Of a DNA stretch of 64,000 nucleotides, positions 60,397 to 64,000 are shown one piece after another. Position numbers and translations under genes: made by a program. Origin of the DNA: Octopus sinensis (Eukaryota); the NCBI RefSeq assembly GCF_006345805.1, contig NC_043014.1, positions 7,068,001 to 7,132,000 of the forward strand, written 5' to 3'. Numbering within the stretch: the first letter of the stretch is position 1; every line of letters begins with the position of its first letter. The notes below the pieces were generated by a model that was not told where the DNA came from, searched no databases, and worked only from the letters and a program-made list of their open reading frames with translations.

Positions 60397-60400
<4 letters not shown>
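59603..60400. repeat. Nested inverted-repeat structure
   Basis: 59603-59715 pairs with 59895-60004; 59706-59884 pairs with 60225-60400. Confidence 0.85.
60197..60251 (+). ncRNA. Hammerhead-like motif
   Basis: gtatca-CTGACGA-AGAG..GTTCttatGAGC..CTCT-GAAAT-CG-GTC-cgatat; stem I 5/6 pairs. Confidence 0.6.
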
Positions 60401-60454
<54 letters not shown>

Positions 60455-60455
<1 letters not shown>

Positions 60456-63400
60456 AGGGGCGTGCACTCTCAGAAATGCAAGGTATGCGCTGCATGCCTT
60501 CTTAGTTTCAAAGAAAATAGTCCAGTTGTTTTAGAAATATTGTCTCCCCTTCGTACATCTGCTTTGATAAATGCTTTTAGAAGATCGCATGATTACACTC
60601 CCTCTCTGTCTGTATTAGTTTGTCCTTCCTTCCTCTCTCTCTCTCTCTCTCTATCTTAGTGACTCGATAAATTTATCGCTTGTCATGCGTTGGGAAGACA
60701 GCATGAGACCCCTTCTCTCTGTCTTTGATAGTTTGTCCCTTCTTCCTCTCTCTTAGTGACTTGTTTAAAAGATATGCTAGGAGGAATGGTCACCCCCTTC
60801 TCTCTCAGTGATTCGACAAATTCAGTTTGGCGTGTCATGCTGTGCTAAGACCGCATATCACGCCTCTCTGGCTATTTTGACCGGAACAAGAGCCGTCCCA
60901 TAATTCTAGAGTTAGCCAGCTGAAATGTTGGAATAGCCTTCGCATGTAAGTTTGAAATCTTTTATCCAAAACATCCGTTTGCACTATCATATTTTTAGAA
61001 AGTTTTGAAAACAAAAATATCTATATTATATTTCTTATTTCAGAAATAGCTAATTAATCTTAAATTAATTTAACAAAGGGTATTTTTCCGTTTTGTTGAA
61101 ATTGACTTAAAATTTACGCCGGCGCTTCCACGTGGGTCCTTAAATAAGAGCAGCCTTTTTCAAAATGAGTGAAATGTGTGTTATAAACGATATTTTGAGA
61201 ACTAGGTTTTCTAAAAGGGACTTCGATGGGAAAAAATTAATCATAAATCGTGGGAGACCAACACCGAATTTACCTAATTTGCGAAGCTACAACAAGAAAT
61301 TCACGAGACAATTTCAGATTAATTCGTATGAAAAGAAGAAATGGTTAACTGGAAGTGTTGCTCTTAATAAATTATTCTGTTAGCCGTGTTTACTTTTTGG
61401 CTTAGAAAAAAATGTTTGGAATGATAAAGGCTATGATGATTTAAATAATTTACATATGGCTATGCTAAAGCACGAGCGTTCTCAAAGGCATATAAAATGT
61501 TTGATAGACCTTAAAATATTCGGGAATGTTCGCATAGACTTACAATTAGATGCACGTAAAAATCAAAGCATACAACAGCATAATGAGAAAGTTCGGCGAA
61601 ACAGATCCATTCTGCAACGATTGATCGATGTTGTTATTTTTTTAGGCCTCCAGGAATTATCGTATCGGGGTCATTTTGAATCTGAAGGCTCTAATAATCG
61701 GGGAAATTATAAAGAACTCGTTTATTTGATCAGTAAATATGACAAACAAATGGAAAGTCATTTAGATACAGCTTCTATCTTCACTAGTCTGTCGAACAGA
61801 ATTCAAAATGATTTGATCGAAGCAATTCATAAAGTTATGTTGAATGAGATGCAGAAGGAAATTGACCAAGCTAAGTTTGTTTCTATTCTTGTTGATGAGA
61901 CATCTGATGTCTCAGCATCTTCACAACTGTCAACAGTTTTACGTTATGTTACAGAAGACTGTGTGACGAAAGAACGATTTATCGGTTTTAGTGATGTTAG
62001 TGCAGATCGATCTGCAAATGCTTTATCTGAACATGTTTTTAAATGCATTGAGACGTGGGAATGTGGAAACAAATTGATTGCGCAGACATATGATGGTGCC
62101 GCTACAATGGCAGGACAACTAAATGGGTTACAGGCAAAAGTAAGAAAGAAATATGAATGTGCGATCTTTATTCATTGTTGTGCCCATATCCTAAATTTAG
62201 TTCTTTCACAATCATGCTCTGCTATGAAAGAATGCAAGATATTTTTTTCTACAATAAACGGACTCGGTACATTTTTTACGAAATCACCGAAAAGGGCTAA
62301 TGCATTAGATAACATTGTTAAAAAATGATTTCCGAAAGCAACAGCAACTAGATGGAATTACTCCTCACGTCTTATTATTACCACAAAGGAAAATTATAAT
62401 TTCATAATCAGCCTTTTTGAACACATCATTGAAAATCCTGAAGCATGGGATGATACCACCATAAATTCAGCAATTGGATTCTTACACACTTTAAAAGCTC
62501 CTGATTTCAGTGACATTTTTTCTTTTACTGACGTCTTATTTAACATACTCCAGAGTAAAAGTCATGACATAGTGTATTGTAAACAGCAAATAGATAAAAC
62601 TAGAACTGTACTCGAAAACAAACTTGATAATTTTTCAGTCTTTTATGATAGGTTAGGGGGAAAATATGGAGTCGATGCAGGAATCGGAATTCAGAGATCC
62701 AAGAATATATCTATTGATCCCCAACGACATTATAGAACGCTTTATAACAAAATTATAAGTACAATAGTTGACCAAATAAAAGCACGATATTCATCCTTAG
62801 AAGAGTTTAAATTCATGGAACTTTTGAATTTCAACAAAGTTGATGAGTATTACAAACAATTTCCTGTGGACTCCTTAGATTCTTTAAGAACAACTTATGG
62901 CAGATTTTTTGATGTAATACGATTACAAAGTGAGCTCAATGTGATGTATTCAATGAAAGATTTTAAAAAACCAAGTGTAAGTCATTTAATGAGTTATATT
63001 AACAGCACTGATCTTGTTGAAGCTATGCCAGAACTCTTCAATCTGTGCAAGTTGATTTTGACAATTCCGTCTACCACTGCTTCTGTAGAGCGATCCTTTT
63101 CTGCATTAAGTAGAATTAAAACATACCAAAGAATGCGACAGGAGAAAGAAGACTGTCTGGTTAGCACTAATGTCAATTGAAAAAGATTTATTACAAGAAT
63201 TGATGAAAAGAGAAGATTTCTATGAAAATGTGATAGATTATTTGCCCAGAAAGATCGAAGAATTGAATTAATTATAAATGAGCTAAGTAACATTTTAAAA
63301 CATTAAAAAAATTATATTAAAGAACATATATTACAGGTTTTGCTTAGTGTTTGTTATAACGTAAGGTTCGACCTTTTACATCAGTATTGTTTCGCAGGAG

Positions 63401-64000
63401 AAATGTTTTGATTTCTTCGTGAAACCTAACCTACATAGATTTCCCTTTCTGTGCTGCTGGGTGTAGTCTATTTACGGCCGTAAATAAGTGTTTTGTTTCA
63501 CTTTCAATAAGTGTCTTGTTTCAATCTCAGAGATGTTGACTTCTGCCACAACAGTTTTGGGAGGCTTTTTACAATGTTGAATTTTCGCTGTCTTTCATTG
63601 TGTGCGTATTCATGTATATGCGTGTATTTTCAATGTAGTCCTTTAATGTAAGTCAATAATTTTCCCGGAATTGACAAGTAGCATGATAAAGTACCTGACT
63701 TGTCTTCGAGAGCGTAACGATCTAAAACCATGGCCATATAATGTAATTAAATGTGTTCTTTTAATTAAATCATTTCATTCAGCAGAATCGCACCCCTTTG
63801 AAAAACGAATTTATGTGAAAAATTTTTTTCGGATTCCTACCTTTAACAGAGATTCTGAATATGCAAAAATATTGACAGAATCCAATTTCATCTTTATTAC
63901 ATTTCACTTATGATTTTTAGACTTTTCTAAGGGAGAATGAGGATGGGAAAGTACTGACGTTTCGAAGAGCAAAGAATACAAACAATACACTTATTTCAGG
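60455..64000 (+). mobile_element. hAT DNA transposon (Tip100/Zaphod-like, ZMYM1-like transposase); right end not seen
   Basis: Putative left TIR CAGGGGCGTGCACTC after (TA)n, subterminal repeats and transposase. No matching right TIR found in window. Confidence 0.65.
61165..63282 (+). pseudogene. hAT transposase (TTF-type Zn finger, DUF4371-like, hAT dimerisation domain), 2 in-frame stops and C-terminal indels
   Basis: Track ORFs 61165, 61456, 62572 are co-framed: WLTGS..LFC*PCLLF..KHERSQRH; SYRGHFE..GNYKEL; SILVDETSDVS..QLSTVLRYV; QTYDGAATM; IHCCAHILNLV; TRWN; LTIPSTTASVERSFSALSRIK. Confidence 0.9.

Noticed and set aside
63945-63975. Partial hammerhead-like GAAACGTCAGTA on minus strand
   Set aside because: The CUGANGA core and stem II are not recognisable, and the locus is at the window edge.

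Overview
AT-rich, repeat-saturated animal DNA, most consistent with an octopod cephalopod. This is an inference from the tRNA-derived SINE families and the very high (TA)n/(CATA)n/(CA)n load. I cannot support any intact host protein-coding gene, and almost all ORFs in the supplied track are translations of microsatellites. The window is a transposon graveyard. It holds two long CR1/L2-group LINEs with CCCH-finger ORF1 (31.9-36.5 kb, full length; 36.75-40.2 kb) plus a truncated copy (58.4-59.2 kb), all embedded in (TA)n. There are also RTE, Tx1/L1, R4/Dong-like RLE, Penelope-like and BEL/Pao remnants, Mariner/Tc1 fragments and MITEs, non-autonomous Helitrons, a nearly complete hAT transposase pseudogene (61.2-63.3 kb), many SINE copies and a 31-bp minisatellite. 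The most striking unexplained signal is a dispersed set of minimal hammerhead-ribozyme-like motifs (CUGANGA/CCGANGA - stem II - GAAAC - palindromic stem III - GUH). Several sit as divergent pairs inside fold-back palindromes (15.2-16.3, 41.06-41.21, 59.6-60.4 kb), and one lies upstream of a Penelope-like RT remnant. A 3'-terminal motif plus covarying hairpin is shared by both LINEs and one SINE family. All motif calls were made by eye; no searches or folding were run.
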